64,000 bases of DNA from Macrostomum lignano (lineage: Eukaryota). The translations under genes were made by a program, and so were the position numbers. The stretch is taken from NCBI GenBank assembly GCA_002269645.1, contig NIVC01002506.1, positions 62,001 to 126,000 on the forward strand, in the 5' to 3' direction. Of the stretch, positions 1 to 10,466 are shown one piece after another. Numbering within the stretch: the stretch's first letter is position 1; every line of letters starts with the position of its first letter. A model generated the notes under the pieces. The model saw only the letters and a program-made list of their open reading frames with translations. It was not told the origin of the DNA and made no database searches.

Positions 1-125
1 TCATTGAAAAACATGATGGAAGCGGATTATATCTCGAAATGCGACCAAAAGCAGGTTCAGGAATTTTCTTAAATTCAAACGTTATGGGCAATGGATTGCT
101 GTTACCAAAAGCAGATCTCGAATAG
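1..125 (+). CDS. 3' end of a Polinton core-like protein (partial)
   Basis: Frame from nt 3 reads IEKHDGSGLYLEMRPKAGSGIFLNSNVMGNGLLLPKADLE*. Repeated GxG-hydrophobic motifs resemble putative protease-processed Polinton core proteins. Confidence 0.55.
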   Translation, partial: IEKHDGSGLYLEMRPKAGSGIFLNSNVMGNGLLLPKADLE

Positions 126-206
126 GCTCCTGGGGGGAGGGTGGACACCAAAAACGCAAAATAAAAAATCAATAATTCAAACATTATATAAATTATATTC
201 TATAAA

Positions 207-3200
207 ATGGAACAAAGATTGACCCCAGATCAGATTCGACAACTTCTTGCAAATGAGCGCCAACAGTTCAATCGATTACAAAGACAGATTGAACAAATTG
301 AACAGCGCCAAAGACAACAACGCCGCCAAAGAGCAAGAGAAAGACAGAGAGAAAGGCAGAGAGAAAGAGAAATACAAGACCAACAAATAAATGCATTAGC
401 AAATAATATAAGGGCAGAATATGAAATGAAGCGATTAATAGAAAAGGCTGAATATGAAAAAAGAATAGCAGAATTAGAAAAAAACCAAAAGAAACCCACA
501 CGTCGGAAACCTCGGAATAAATCGGATGAAAAACCATTAGATGAGTTTATTAGGGTTTATCGATTTGAACCAATGCAGAATGTCCTAGATTTTATTGAAA
601 CCCAGCTTTCAAACGGATATGCTGTTGAAATTACTAATGCGAGGGTACAATATTTTTATAATAAAACCGGGGATGATCGTGAAGAGATTAATCAATACTT
701 AGCAACATTTTATAATATAAGCCAATTTCAAGCTTGGTTTAAGCATTTGGTAGAAAATTACGACATGAATTTAAGTGTGTTTTCTGGAAGACTTAAAATG
801 ACTCCAAACGAAATTACACTTAAACACGAAAGGTCAAAGCAGGGTATGGGAACAAATGTCATGTGTGAAATTGTAGAGTATAAAGATGAGTACTGTTACA
901 TACCTAGTGATGGAAATTGTTTCTACAAGTGTGTTCAGTTTATTTATGGTGATAAAGCCCCATCCAAAGACGAATATGGTGCTTGGTTGTTCGACTCAAG
1001 AACCCAAAGAGGTTTAATGACAAATTCAAGAATTGGAAGATTCAATGAATATTTTAATCTTAATATAGGGCTGTACAACACCAAAAATCGTGGCATTGAA
1101 CCAAAGTCTCAAAGAGGGATTCACCACGATTGGTTATTAATAAATTATTTCCACACACCAGATTACCACATTGGGCATTATTGTCTTATATCAAATAAAC
1201 AACGAGGAATCGCCCTCGAACGGATAAAAGACAATTATAAAGTTGTATATAAAAACCCAACGCTCGAAAATGTTAAGGAGCTAAAAATGTTCAACACACC
1301 CACAAATCCCAATAAATCAAACGTATATATATTTGATTTTGAAACATATTTAAATTATAATCAACAAGCATGTCCGTATGCGGTTGGTCTTTTAAACTAT
1401 AACGACTTTTCTAATAAGTGTAATGAAACCCCAGAGGAAATAAAGAAACTAACTAAGATCTTGATATCAGATCGCGGTTGTGATTTTCAAACAGATGGAG
1501 ATAAGGTTGACCGTGCCGAAGGTTCGCAACCAAAGGTTGATTGTGTTAGAAAAATGTTTAAATACCTTGGTACAGTTAGGTCAAAGGGGATTGTTTTGAT
1601 CGCGCATAACTCATCCCGCTTCGATTCATACATACCACTATTTTGTAATATAAAACCAATTAAAATTCTCAAAACCCCAAGAGGAATATTATCAATAACT
1701 TTTGTAAACGATTACGCGTCAAAAGAGGTTAGTGCATTTATAAACAAAGATAAGAAGAAGAATCATAAGGATTCGAAACAAACCATTACGATGCTTTGTT
1801 CATATCAACACGCATCAATGAGTTTAAAAAAGTTTTGCTCATCAATGACAATTAGAGAGGATTTGCGAAAGACCTCAATGGTTCACGACATTACCGAACA
1901 CGACTATTTAGAGCGCATGGACGAATGGTATGAATATTTACAATTTGATCTTATTTCTTTATGCGCCTGTATTCATAAGTATAATGAAATAGCATATGAA
2001 ATTGGAGGAATGACAATGTTCGATACTCTTACCTGTTCAAGTTTAACATTAAAATGTTGGTTTAAAGATTTTGTTAGAGTTGAAGACAAAATGAAACAAT
2101 ATCTAAAGACAGAAGAAAAAACTAATTACATTAAAAAAGTTGAAGAAATAATATCTCCGTTGAAAATAGAGGATTATTTTGACTTAAGCAAACTTGAAAA
2201 AGCAAAATACCAAACACTATTAAGAAAAGAATTTTCAGTTCACTCTCATACCAATCCTTATATACGAAGGTTTATGCGGGACGCAGTCAAAGGAGGCAGG
2301 GTATTTGCACTAATAAATAAATATGAAAGCGACTGTTTTCAAACAATTGTAGACGTTGTAAAAGCCCATTTAAAAACACCAACAAGCGACCCATGCGAGG
2401 TTATATCATCTTATCTCAAAAGCGATATGGAAGAAAAAAAGAAAATCGCAATTAAACTAAAAAAGCAATTGGGTACCGTATCAGATTGTTTAATGAATTT
2501 TGATGGAGTTTCGTTGTACCCATCTGCCATGTCTGATAAGGATAGTGAATATCCAAGAGCAGAAACAGCAAGAGTTTTTGATATAAGCGAGGAAAAAGAT
2601 TTCTTGGCACAATTTAATTCACAAACCTTTCGACCAAAAACAGCGGTTTTAAAGATTATGTATGAGAATCCTAACACCGTTTTTCTTCAACATCTCCCAT
2701 CGAAAGATAAAGAGAAATTTTATAATCCGGAAACAAAAGCAAACGAAACAAAAACATTAAATAGGTTTAGAAACGGAAAAGTAATTGACACCTTATGTTC
2801 CGTAGATATACAAGAAATTGTAAGAATGGGTGGAAAAATATTAAAGATATATAGTGGAATTGTATATGAAAAAAATTACGATTTCTCTCCGTTTCAGAAT
2901 TATATTACAAATCTTTTTGAAATGAGAAAAGTATTTAAAAAAGAAAATAACGAGGCAGGTTCTGAATTGGTAAAAACACTATTAAATTCATTATATGGCA
3001 AAACAGTTCAAAGAGACATTACTTTCACAACACATCTCTGGAATTTGCAAACATTAAAAACCGAATACGATGACACAATCAAATCATATGAGAAAATATG
3101 TGACGATTTATATTATGTTGAAAAAAATAAAGACACGCAAGAATATGTAGATGAGGAAGAGGAAAGTCCTATAACAAGCCTTTGTCCAGCACAATTAGGA

Positions 3201-3827
3201 ATATTTATCTTAGCTCATTCAAGAAGGATCATGAATAATTTTATTACCTCTATAGAGGGCTCAAAGACTCCAGAAATTTATTACGGCGATACAGATTCGT
3301 TATATATACATAAAAAACATTGGGACACATTAAATAAAAACGGGCACGTTGGAAATAACTTAAGTCAAGGAAAAAATGATTATGGAGAGGGTGGAATTAT
3401 ATTCGGTTATTTTATCGCTCCTAAAATTAAATATTGTCTTTTATTGAAAGACGATTTTATTATGGAAGAGAAAAAAACATTTAAAGGATGTGCAAACGAT
3501 AAGATTAATTTTGCATCGTTTAAAACTTTATATGATGGACAGTCAATAAAAGTAAATAATAATGCTCCGTGGAAACGATCATTTGAAGGTGGTATAACAA
3601 TTCCTCAAAGCGGATCAACAATATCAAAAACATATACCTCTACGATAAACACATTTAAAAGAGAAAAACCGGATAAAAACGGAGTTATGAAACCATTCTT
3701 TAAAAACTATTTTGATGACAAACCACAGCATGAACATTCAATTGAATATTATAACAGTTTACTATTTGACGTTGACTATAATTGTTTTGAGTTCGATATT
3801 GATGAATTAGCACTTGAAAAAAACTAA
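207..3827 (+). CDS. polB: Protein-primed family B DNA polymerase with N-terminal coiled coil and vOTU-like protease domain
   Basis: ExoI YIFDFETY, ExoII AHNSSRFD, motif A DGVSLYPSAM, motif B KTLLNSLYGK, motif C YGDTDS. OTU-like IPSDGNCF...GHY. Intact 1206 aa. Confidence 0.97.
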   Translation: MEQRLTPDQIRQLLANERQQFNRLQRQIEQIEQRQRQQRRQRARERQRERQREREIQDQQINALANNIRAEYEMKRLIEKAEYEKRIAELEKNQKKPTRRKPRNKSDEKPLDEFIRVYRFEPMQNVLDFIETQLSNGYAVEITNARVQYFYNKTGDDREEINQYLATFYNISQFQAWFKHLVENYDMNLSVFSGRLKMTPNEITLKHERSKQGMGTNVMCEIVEYKDEYCYIPSDGNCFYKCVQFIYGDKAPSKDEYGAWLFDSRTQRGLMTNSRIGRFNEYFNLNIGLYNTKNRGIEPKSQRGIHHDWLLINYFHTPDYHIGHYCLISNKQRGIALERIKDNYKVVYKNPTLENVKELKMFNTPTNPNKSNVYIFDFETYLNYNQQACPYAVGLLNYNDFSNKCNETPEEIKKLTKILISDRGCDFQTDGDKVDRAEGSQPKVDCVRKMFKYLGTVRSKGIVLIAHNSSRFDSYIPLFCNIKPIKILKTPRGILSITFVNDYASKEVSAFINKDKKKNHKDSKQTITMLCSYQHASMSLKKFCSSMTIREDLRKTSMVHDITEHDYLERMDEWYEYLQFDLISLCACIHKYNEIAYEIGGMTMFDTLTCSSLTLKCWFKDFVRVEDKMKQYLKTEEKTNYIKKVEEIISPLKIEDYFDLSKLEKAKYQTLLRKEFSVHSHTNPYIRRFMRDAVKGGRVFALINKYESDCFQTIVDVVKAHLKTPTSDPCEVISSYLKSDMEEKKKIAIKLKKQLGTVSDCLMNFDGVSLYPSAMSDKDSEYPRAETARVFDISEEKDFLAQFNSQTFRPKTAVLKIMYENPNTVFLQHLPSKDKEKFYNPETKANETKTLNRFRNGKVIDTLCSVDIQEIVRMGGKILKIYSGIVYEKNYDFSPFQNYITNLFEMRKVFKKENNEAGSELVKTLLNSLYGKTVQRDITFTTHLWNLQTLKTEYDDTIKSYEKICDDLYYVEKNKDTQEYVDEEEESPITSLCPAQLGIFILAHSRRIMNNFITSIEGSKTPEIYYGDTDSLYIHKKHWDTLNKNGHVGNNLSQGKNDYGEGGIIFGYFIAPKIKYCLLLKDDFIMEEKKTFKGCANDKINFASFKTLYDGQSIKVNNNAPWKRSFEGGITIPQSGSTISKTYTSTINTFKREKPDKNGVMKPFFKNYFDDKPQHEHSIEYYNSLLFDVDYNCFEFDIDELALEKN
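1505..1541. repeat. GC-rich mini-hairpin cluster inside polB
   Basis: CC-GAA-GG and CAACC-AAA-GGTTG, related to the CGAACC-AAA-GGTTCG hairpin at 12632. Read in frame as VDRAEGSQPKVD. Confidence 0.6.
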
Positions 3828-3871
3828 AGCATGTAATTGTTTGAGCAAATCATTAACTTCAATTTCATATA

Positions 3872-4158
3872 TTATTGAGCACCAATTATCCTCACAGTCG
3901 CAGGGTAACTTAAACAATCCTTTATTTTTTTCCTAAGTTTTTTTATTTTTCTAACCAATCTATCTATTTCAATTTCAATTACTATTTCAGCATAAACAAT
4001 ATCTTGTCTTAAAAACGTTTTCTTTTATCTATCTCATATCGGATGGGAAACATATCGTCCCCATACTCATGATATTTCTGAGATATAATTATATTTATTT
4101 TTTTATTAATATCATTAAGTTCACGCTCTTTAGTGATAAGGATTTTTATCGTATCCAT
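3872..4158 (-). pseudogene. Possible small Polinton ORF with one frameshift
   Basis: MDTIKILITKERELNDINKK... continues in a shifted frame as FLRQDIVYAEIVIEIEIDRLVRKIKKLRKK...GAQ*. Confidence 0.3.
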
Positions 4159-4173
4159 TTTCTTATAAAAAAT

Positions 4174-4506
4174 TTAGTCTTCGTCGTCATCCTCCCAAAC
4201 AGCCGCCAATTTTACAGTCCTATCACTCTTTTTATTATTTGTTTGTTTTAGTTTAAATTGCAATCCACCCTCGTTGCAGTATTTCATAACAAACGCTTTA
4301 GGTTTATTAATAACTAAAACAGGAAAATTTTTAACATCATCTCCGCTTAGACATAAAATTTTTTGCCCATCTAATTGTAAAAATATTGATTGAAGCCCAA
4401 TAAATTTAACCTGTCTCAAACATATAATATTATATTCTTTATTCTCCAACATATTGGGTGTGAGATAATTAATCACATTAGAATCGGTTTTGAACCAGCT
4501 CTCCAT
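4174..4506 (-). CDS. Hypothetical Polinton protein with acidic C-terminal tail
   Basis: Likely start MESWFKT after TAAAAATG. About 110 aa, beta-rich, ends WEDDDED. Confidence 0.65.
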   Translation of the reverse strand: MESWFKTDSNVINYLTPNMLENKEYNIICLRQVKFIGLQSIFLQLDGQKILCLSGDDVKNFPVLVINKPKAFVMKYCNEGGLQFKLKQTNNKKSDRTVKLAAVWEDDDED

Positions 4507-4533
4507 TTTTAATCTAAAAAAATAACAAAAAAA

Positions 4534-5085
4534 ATGAAAGACATTTATGTTTGTAATAAATGTAATGTGACTATGCACAGAGGGCAAACAGCAAACGGAG
4601 ATATATATCATATGTGTTATTCATGTTCTAAAATATATCAATTTGAAAAAACAAAAAAGATTGAAAACTCATATTACTATTTTAAAAATACAATTTTAAG
4701 AAATCTTACAAGAGACATTTCTGATCCAATTTTAATTCCCGGAAATAATGTTTATTTATATAATAACTTTTTCCATTTAAATAAAGGAAAGGGATTAAGT
4801 TCGAAAGACTCTGAAAGGATTTTAATTTTAGTTGGATATTATTTCAATTTTCTTATTCGAGAGAATACAAAGTTTATAAGGATAGGTAACATACCTAACG
4901 AAATGTTATTGAAAAAGTCATTGGAATTTTTATGTATTGATAAAAAATTTAAACCTAGAATCAGAAGAGAGTTACCACTTTGGGAAGAATATATAACATA
5001 TGCATTAAAAACTAAACAACCTGAAGTTCTACCGCACTTCCTGACCGGGCTTTGTGCCCCAGTAGCAATAGTTTCAGGTTCGTAA
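4534..5085 (+). CDS. Hypothetical protein with N-terminal CxxC...CxxC zinc ribbon
   Basis: CNKC-x14-CYSC, A-run before the ATG, 183 aa. Confidence 0.65.
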   Translation: MKDIYVCNKCNVTMHRGQTANGDIYHMCYSCSKIYQFEKTKKIENSYYYFKNTILRNLTRDISDPILIPGNNVYLYNNFFHLNKGKGLSSKDSERILILVGYYFNFLIRENTKFIRIGNIPNEMLLKKSLEFLCIDKKFKPRIRRELPLWEEYITYALKTKQPEVLPHFLTGLCAPVAIVSGS

Positions 5086-5665
5086 ATGCCTAATGTTTCT
5101 ATCGGTGGAGCTTTGGGTTTATCGAGTCTCAACTCTTTTAATTCCATATCGGTAAAAGTTTCAACATCTAAAATTCTATTTCTATCTTTTAAATATTTTT
5201 CATATAATTCAACCGCGGTTGATAATTCATGAATCGTTATCTCTCCGTCATCCAATATTTTTTGCACATATAAATATAATTGATTTTTATATTGCTTGCA
5301 ACATCTCTTAATGATTTATATTTTTCCTTTCTTTTTTTAAGATATAATTTAATTGCTAAAAGTATTGATAAGTTCCTGATCAATTCAAAACCTGATATTG
5401 AGCCAATTGAAATACCTAAAAATAATTGAGATAAATTAAGAGTTGGAATAGATTGTAAAATACCTAAAACGATTACACATAACATTGATAAGCTTCCAAA
5501 TCCAATATTGAAAAAGTCCATATTTCTTATATGGTTTGAAACTCTTCTTACTTTTTTAGCATATAAATCATAATCATAATTTATTCGATCAACATTACTC
5601 AACATCTGACCTTTACGTTGGTTGAACCGGTCGCGTTCCCATTTATCTGCTTCAGATACCGACAT
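4839..5665 (-). pseudogene. Polinton two-TM membrane protein (PW/GasderminX-like), split by a 1-nt frameshift
   Basis: ORF 5237-5665 has two hydrophobic helices followed by KKRKEKY. One extra A in the run at 5284-5288 joins it to QKILDDGEITIHELS, which resembles the conserved LxDGxIsxxE motif. The true 3' end is uncertain. Confidence 0.65.
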
Positions 5666-5978
5666 TCTCGTCTATTTTTAATAGCACCAAAATGAATTCC
5701 CCGCGCTCTTTGGGGATTTGCCCCGAGCTCAATAGGTATTGTATTGGAGTGATTCTTTCTTTTTTCTCCCATTTAAATCCTATTTTCCAAAACTCTTGAA
5801 GTATAATATGATTTTTTAATAACTTAATTAATTCTTGAAGCTTCTTATTATCCTGAACATTTACAGTACTAAATAAAAATTTGGTATGAGATTTGAATGT
5901 TTTTATATTTGATTCTTGTTTAGGAATAGGAATAATAACATTATTTTGCCGCATCGATGGAGTTCTACTAAAAGCCAT
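5652..5978 (-). CDS. Hypothetical Polinton protein
   Basis: Likely start MAFSRTPS after TATAAAATG, about 108 aa. Confidence 0.6.
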   Translation of the reverse strand: MAFSRTPSMRQNNVIIPIPKQESNIKTFKSHTKFLFSTVNVQDNKKLQELIKLLKNHIILQEFWKIGFKWEKKERITPIQYLLSSGQIPKERGEFILVLLKIDENVGI

Positions 5979-6009
5979 TTTATATAGAAATATTTTATAT
6001 ATAAATATT

Positions 6010-8054
6010 TTATATTTGAGTAGGAGGTTTTTCCAAATAAGCAGTAGAGGGAAAAACATAACCAAACGACGTACTACCACATACAACTGCACCACGAATA
6101 AAATGTGCAGCATCCGATCCTCCAGTTCGAGCACCAAAACCCATAAGGGTTCCAGATTTATCTAAAGTTCCCCAAGTTCCACTATCATATGTGAAAACGT
6201 TCTGCCAATGAGGGTAAAAGAATCACCAGCAACATTGTATGACTGTAATCGGTACCAAACCCTTTGATTTAAAATATTAACTTCAAATAAATGCCAATCG
6301 CCGTTATCAATATTAGCATAGGCTACAGTTTGATCCGCATCACTACTAACATCGTTACGAACCGTAGATCCGTCTGATTTTTTATTACTCCAAACAACTC
6401 CAAACCTATCATGCCACTCACTTGCAAAAACTATCAATCCGGCGTCGGTTGATAATCCAGATCCAAATTCCGATGTTGGACGTTGGTGACAGTATGCATA
6501 AAACCAAACCGCATCTGCACCATCTCCTGTAGCATTAGCAACTCGGAAAAAGAAAGACGCAGATATATTTTGAAAATGTGTGAAATTGAATTGTAAAGCA
6601 CCACTTACTCCAGAAGTTTCACGAGTAATTCTAGCGCCGTTTTGATAATCGATATAAGAAGCGTCACCAATTAAAGAACCGACTGGATATATATCTCCGG
6701 CGGTTGTTGGATTTTGATATCCAGACCAATTACAAATTACTGGTTCGAACAAGGCCGCATCAATAGCAGGTATTCCATCCAATTTATTTTTATCGCTTCC
6801 AGACATTCTACCATTTGATGTTGGAGTAGCTAGCTGATCTACGTACGCTCGCGGAACTGCAGAAAGTATTTGAGTTGGCCAATTAAGATCTTGAATTTCA
6901 ACACGGTGTTCAAATAATTGTATTTGACGAACCTCGATAGGTTGTGTACCGGTACCACCAGTTGGGAAGAATACGCTATAATATTTCCAAAAATTAGTCG
7001 TTAAATTAGATAGAGCAAATGATGTTGCTTGAACTGGTGATCCCGACGTAGTTAATGTTGTCCATGAATCGGTAGCAACATTTTTTGCGCGAACCGACCA
7101 CCCGAGGGTATCTCAATTGTTTCACTGCCTGTAATTCTTAATTCAAATATTCTTCTATTATAACCTAAAAATTCAAATTGAATTTCCATATTGGTTGTGG
7201 TTCCGGTATTTGGTGACCATTGTGTCGCAAGGCTTCCATCTCCAACTCGAAAAGCTGTGTTGCCATTTTCAGATGCTGTAAGAACAACATCAGGATTTGA
7301 AGTATTTGATGTAAGCGGCGTGGTAAAAATATCGGCGTCGGTTGCATTAGCTCGCTCGTTTACTTGGCCTAGAGTTATCGAGTCTGCGTTCTCTGTTCCA
7401 AATAATAAATTTGTTAATTTAAAATTATTCATATTAATATTTCCACTACGAGTGGCAACTTGATTATCGACATAGTTCTTATCAACCACTGAATCACTAG
7501 TTGTAATTGAAACATTTATAATTCGGTTGTTGCTCATATCTAGGTTTCCGGTTGCGGTGGTTTGAACATAACGTGAATCAGAATCAGTTCGAGAATAAGA
7601 ATCAGTTACATCTCTTTTTAAATTTAATCCATTATCAACTTCGGTTTTGGTATAAGAATCGGCTACGTTCCGTTTCAAATTTAATGAATTATCAACTTCG
7701 GTTTTGGTATAAGAATCGGCTATTGCGTTTTAAATTTAATGAATTATCAACTTCGGTTTTGGTATAAGAATCGGCTGTATTGCGTTTTAAATTTAATGAA
7801 TTATCAACTTCGGTTTTGGTATAGGAATCGGCTACGTTCCGTTTCAGATTTAGTGAATCATCTATTTGAGTTTTGGTATAGGAATCTGCAACATTTCTTT
7901 TTAAATTTAGTTTAGTATCAACTTCACTTTTTTTATAACCTTCATCTTCATTAATATATCGATTATCTCCAAATGTAACACTTATTCCACCAGATGTGCC
8001 ACCACCACCACTACTTGTTGTTCCGTTCCATGAGGGTGTTCCAGAAAATAACAT
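6010..8054 (-). pseudogene. Fiber/receptor-binding protein (19-aa repeats, shaft repeats, discoidin-like and L-type lectin-like domains) with three frameshifts
   Basis: Four consecutive frames join across indels at about 7720, 7107 and 6205. Contains KRNVADSYTKTEVDNSLNL repeats, DMSNNRIINV/NMNNFKLTNL shaft motifs, GDGSLATQW...WTTL, GADAVWF and GFGARTGG..AH.I. Confidence 0.75.
7590..7930 (-). repeat. 57-bp coding tandem repeat, about 6 copies
   Basis: Encodes 19-aa units. The copy near 7720 lacks 2 nt relative to its neighbour. Confidence 0.9.
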
Positions 8055-8085
8055 TTTTTACTGTCTATTTTATAGAGTCTAAAAT

Positions 8086-8130
8086 CGCCCCGTAGGTCGC
8101 GGACTCCGTCCGATCGAACCTTAGGTTCGC
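8086..8130. repeat. GC-rich triple mini-hairpin cluster
   Basis: CGCCCC-GTA-GGTCG, CGGAC-TCC-GTCCG, CGAACC-TTA-GGTTCG. The protease stop codon is the loop of the last hairpin. Confidence 0.85.
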
Positions 8131-8558
8131 ATGCTTTGCATGATATTCTTAAATACTTCGGGGGTTTCCTTCGAGTTATTAATTTTATATAAAAAATACA
8201 ACGCCGCTTGCCCGCAATAACTTTTATCAAAGGTTTGAAATTGTTCGTGATGATCTCCACATAAACGATTTTTAGTATGATTAAATTTATCTTTTATTTC
8301 CTGTAACGGAGGAAGCGCGTATGAATCAAAAAAATAAACAAGTTTAGGTTTTGAATAAACTGCGACCAATGAACACCATTTTCTTTTGTTGTTTCAATAT
8401 TAACAATGAAAGATCCATATTTGGTAAGTCTTTTATCTCATCCGCATAACACATCTGAATGGTTTTATTTTTAACTGCCTCGCCCAATTTGTTAATTCGA
8501 TATTGCTTGTTGTGTCCGTTCCATATCTTTGTTTAAAATCATCCCACGTCATGGTCAT
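8121..8558 (-). pseudogene. Adenain-family cysteine protease with about three frameshifts
   Basis: Reconstructed TSNIEL..WA..LKI, GVHW(V)AVY (His), YFFDSYALPP (Asp), QTFDKSYCG (Gln/Cys). Confidence 0.85.
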
Positions 8559-8559
8559 T

Positions 8560-8744
8560 TTATGTTCCTGAAAAACTCTTGGTTTTAGTTAGTTTCGTAG
8601 GTGTGGGTTTTAACAATTCCTTTCTTATTTTATCAGCTTGTAACTGCCTTAATTTTGCTAGTTCTAGTTCGTAATTATCTTCAGCTTTTTTAACTTTTTC
8701 TGATTGTTTTTTATTAAATTATTATTATTATTATTATTACCCAT
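8560..8744 (-). pseudogene. Small coiled-coil ORF (MGNNNNNNNL...), one frameshift
   Basis: One extra A in the run at 8707-8712 gives about 61 aa ending 1 nt before the protease ATG. Confidence 0.45.
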
Positions 8745-8777
8745 TTTTACTATGAAACGGACAAATACCTTGGTTCA

Positions 8778-9561
8778 TTAAACCTGTTTTATACGTAAAA
8801 TTATTGTTATTGACTGCCCACCAAAACTTATTAATCTATCGCTTTCATCTACAATCCTAATATAAATTGATTGAACATTATATTGATTTAATGGGTAATA
8901 TATTGGGGTTTGGGGTGCAACAATCATTTTCTCTCCAATTGGAACAGCAAGAAATGGGATTGAATAAATAATTCCACGTTGAACCAAAACTCCGTTATCG
9001 TCTGTTATATAACCCGTTTGAAATGTCGGTTGTTATATTAATTGTATTTACTCCACCCTCTATATTTCCAACTGTATCACCGGTGCTTGATGTGGTAACT
9101 ATTCGGGAATTAAATCCAAGTATGGTTCTGAGTGAATTTGCAATTGTGAAATCAACCTGATATCCGGATCCTAGTGATAGTGTGAATCTGCCAGACGGTA
9201 AATCAACACCTATAACAATTGCTCCTGCTACCCAATCACCATTAGTTGTTAATTCTCCTTCTATATAAGCATTCAAATCAGTATAGCTATACGCTCCTGG
9301 GTTAACGCTAAATGTTGTCCAATTGGCTCCGGAATCTTTAGAATATCTAAATTGATTATTTGTTGCATTAATTAATTGAGGCATGTTGAAAACCGAAAAT
9401 AGTATTAAACCTATTTGATAACTTAGGCTTTGATCAAGTTGTAATGGATCGCGCAATTGAATCCGTTGCTCGCTGGTTGTCATTATAAACTGTAATGTTG
9501 TACTAAATTTTGAATTGGTTCGATCTACCAATTGTTTTATAGTATCTAAATTTGTAGTCAT
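8778..9561 (-). pseudogene. Minor capsid protein (penton, single jelly roll), one frameshift
   Basis: NNQFRY, PGAYSYTDLN, LGFNS, PIYYPL...IRIVDESDRLISF. Removing one G at 9013-9015 joins the two ORFs. Confidence 0.85.
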
Positions 9562-9580
9562 TTTTATAGTGGGAAATTAA

Positions 9581-9609
9581 TCGGACGAAGTCCGCGTGCT
9601 ATGCACGAT
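9581..9609. repeat. GC-rich double mini-hairpin
   Basis: CGGAC-GAA-GTCCG and CGTGC-TAT-GCACG. The ATPase stop overlaps the loop. Confidence 0.85.
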
Positions 9610-10399
9610 CCTCTTCTTCCTCATTATCTTCTTTTATCAAATTTGTTAAAATTCTATGTTTCCTTTCTAACCTCGGATTGATATAAATATGTTTGTATTG
9701 GCTATCATCCCAAATTTTTTTACACATACTTTTAAATGGTTTTGCATCCAATCCGGGATTAAATCTAGCGTGAATATTTTGTAGATCATAGTTATCTAAA
9801 TCAAACATTACACAACAGCTAGCATTCTTTTTTATAATCGATTCTAATTCTCTAAAGGATTGAGTAAGATAAAAAGCTCCAATTCCATCTCCTCTACCAC
9901 TAACAAAAATTTCCTTTTGCAATTCTTGATCACCGTCATTAATACAATCATCAAAAATAATTAGTGTTTTATCATGTTTTGGAATTTGATCATAGGCTAA
10001 TCGGGTTGATACTCTAACAGTTGGGGCTCGATCGGACGAAGTCCGCGACCCTTCGGGGCGATCGGTGATGTTTTCTGGCTGTTGTGCCATTGTTTTACAT
10101 AAATCCTCAATGTCTGCTAGATTAAATCGCGGTTCGTCATCATCCTCATATTGCTCATATGCTCTTAACATTCTAAACAAGACATCTTTTTTTAATTTGT
10201 TTTTTAATCCATGTTTAAGAAATTCATAATATTTTATTCTAGGTTTATTAGTATAAATTATTAAATTATTATAGTCTAACATTCCATCTGTTGTTAATAA
10301 ATCGTAAACAAAGTGTGTTTTTCCTTTACCTGATCCTCCGATTACTAAACAAAGAAAAGGATCATTTGGAAATATTTTATTGTGTTTTGCCTTTACCAT
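9599..10399 (-). CDS. A32/FtsK-like genome packaging ATPase
   Basis: Walker A GGSGKGKT, Walker B LIIFDDC, GR...YLTQS motif. Confidence 0.93.
   Translation of the reverse strand: MVKAKHNKIFPNDPFLCLVIGGSGKGKTHFVYDLLTTDGMLDYNNLIIYTNKPRIKYYEFLKHGLKNKLKKDVLFRMLRAYEQYEDDDEPRFNLADIEDLCKTMAQQPENITDRPEGSRTSSDRAPTVRVSTRLAYDQIPKHDKTLIIFDDCINDGDQELQKEIFVSGRGDGIGAFYLTQSFRELESIIKKNASCCVMFDLDNYDLQNIHARFNPGLDAKPFKSMCKKIWDDSQYKHIYINPRLERKHRILTNLIKEDNEEEEDRA
10028..10065. repeat. GC-rich mini-hairpin cluster inside the ATPase gene
   Basis: CGGAC-GAA-GTCCG and CGACCC-TTC-GGGGCG, read in frame as DRPEGSRTSSDRA. Confidence 0.85.
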
Positions 10400-10421
10400 T
10401 TTTAAAGAAATAATTTAAATA

Positions 10422-10466
10422 GGCGCGACGGTCGGAGACCTGTGCCGCTTACAGCGGCGCGTCCCG
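10422..10466. repeat. GC-rich mini-hairpin cluster at the capsid gene end
   Basis: GGTC-GGA-GACC and CCGCT-TAC-AGCGG. The MCP stop overlaps the loop. Confidence 0.8.

Noticed and set aside
131-145. G-tract GGGGGGAGGGTGG as a G-quadruplex switch upstream of polB
   Set aside because: Marginal number of G runs and a single occurrence.
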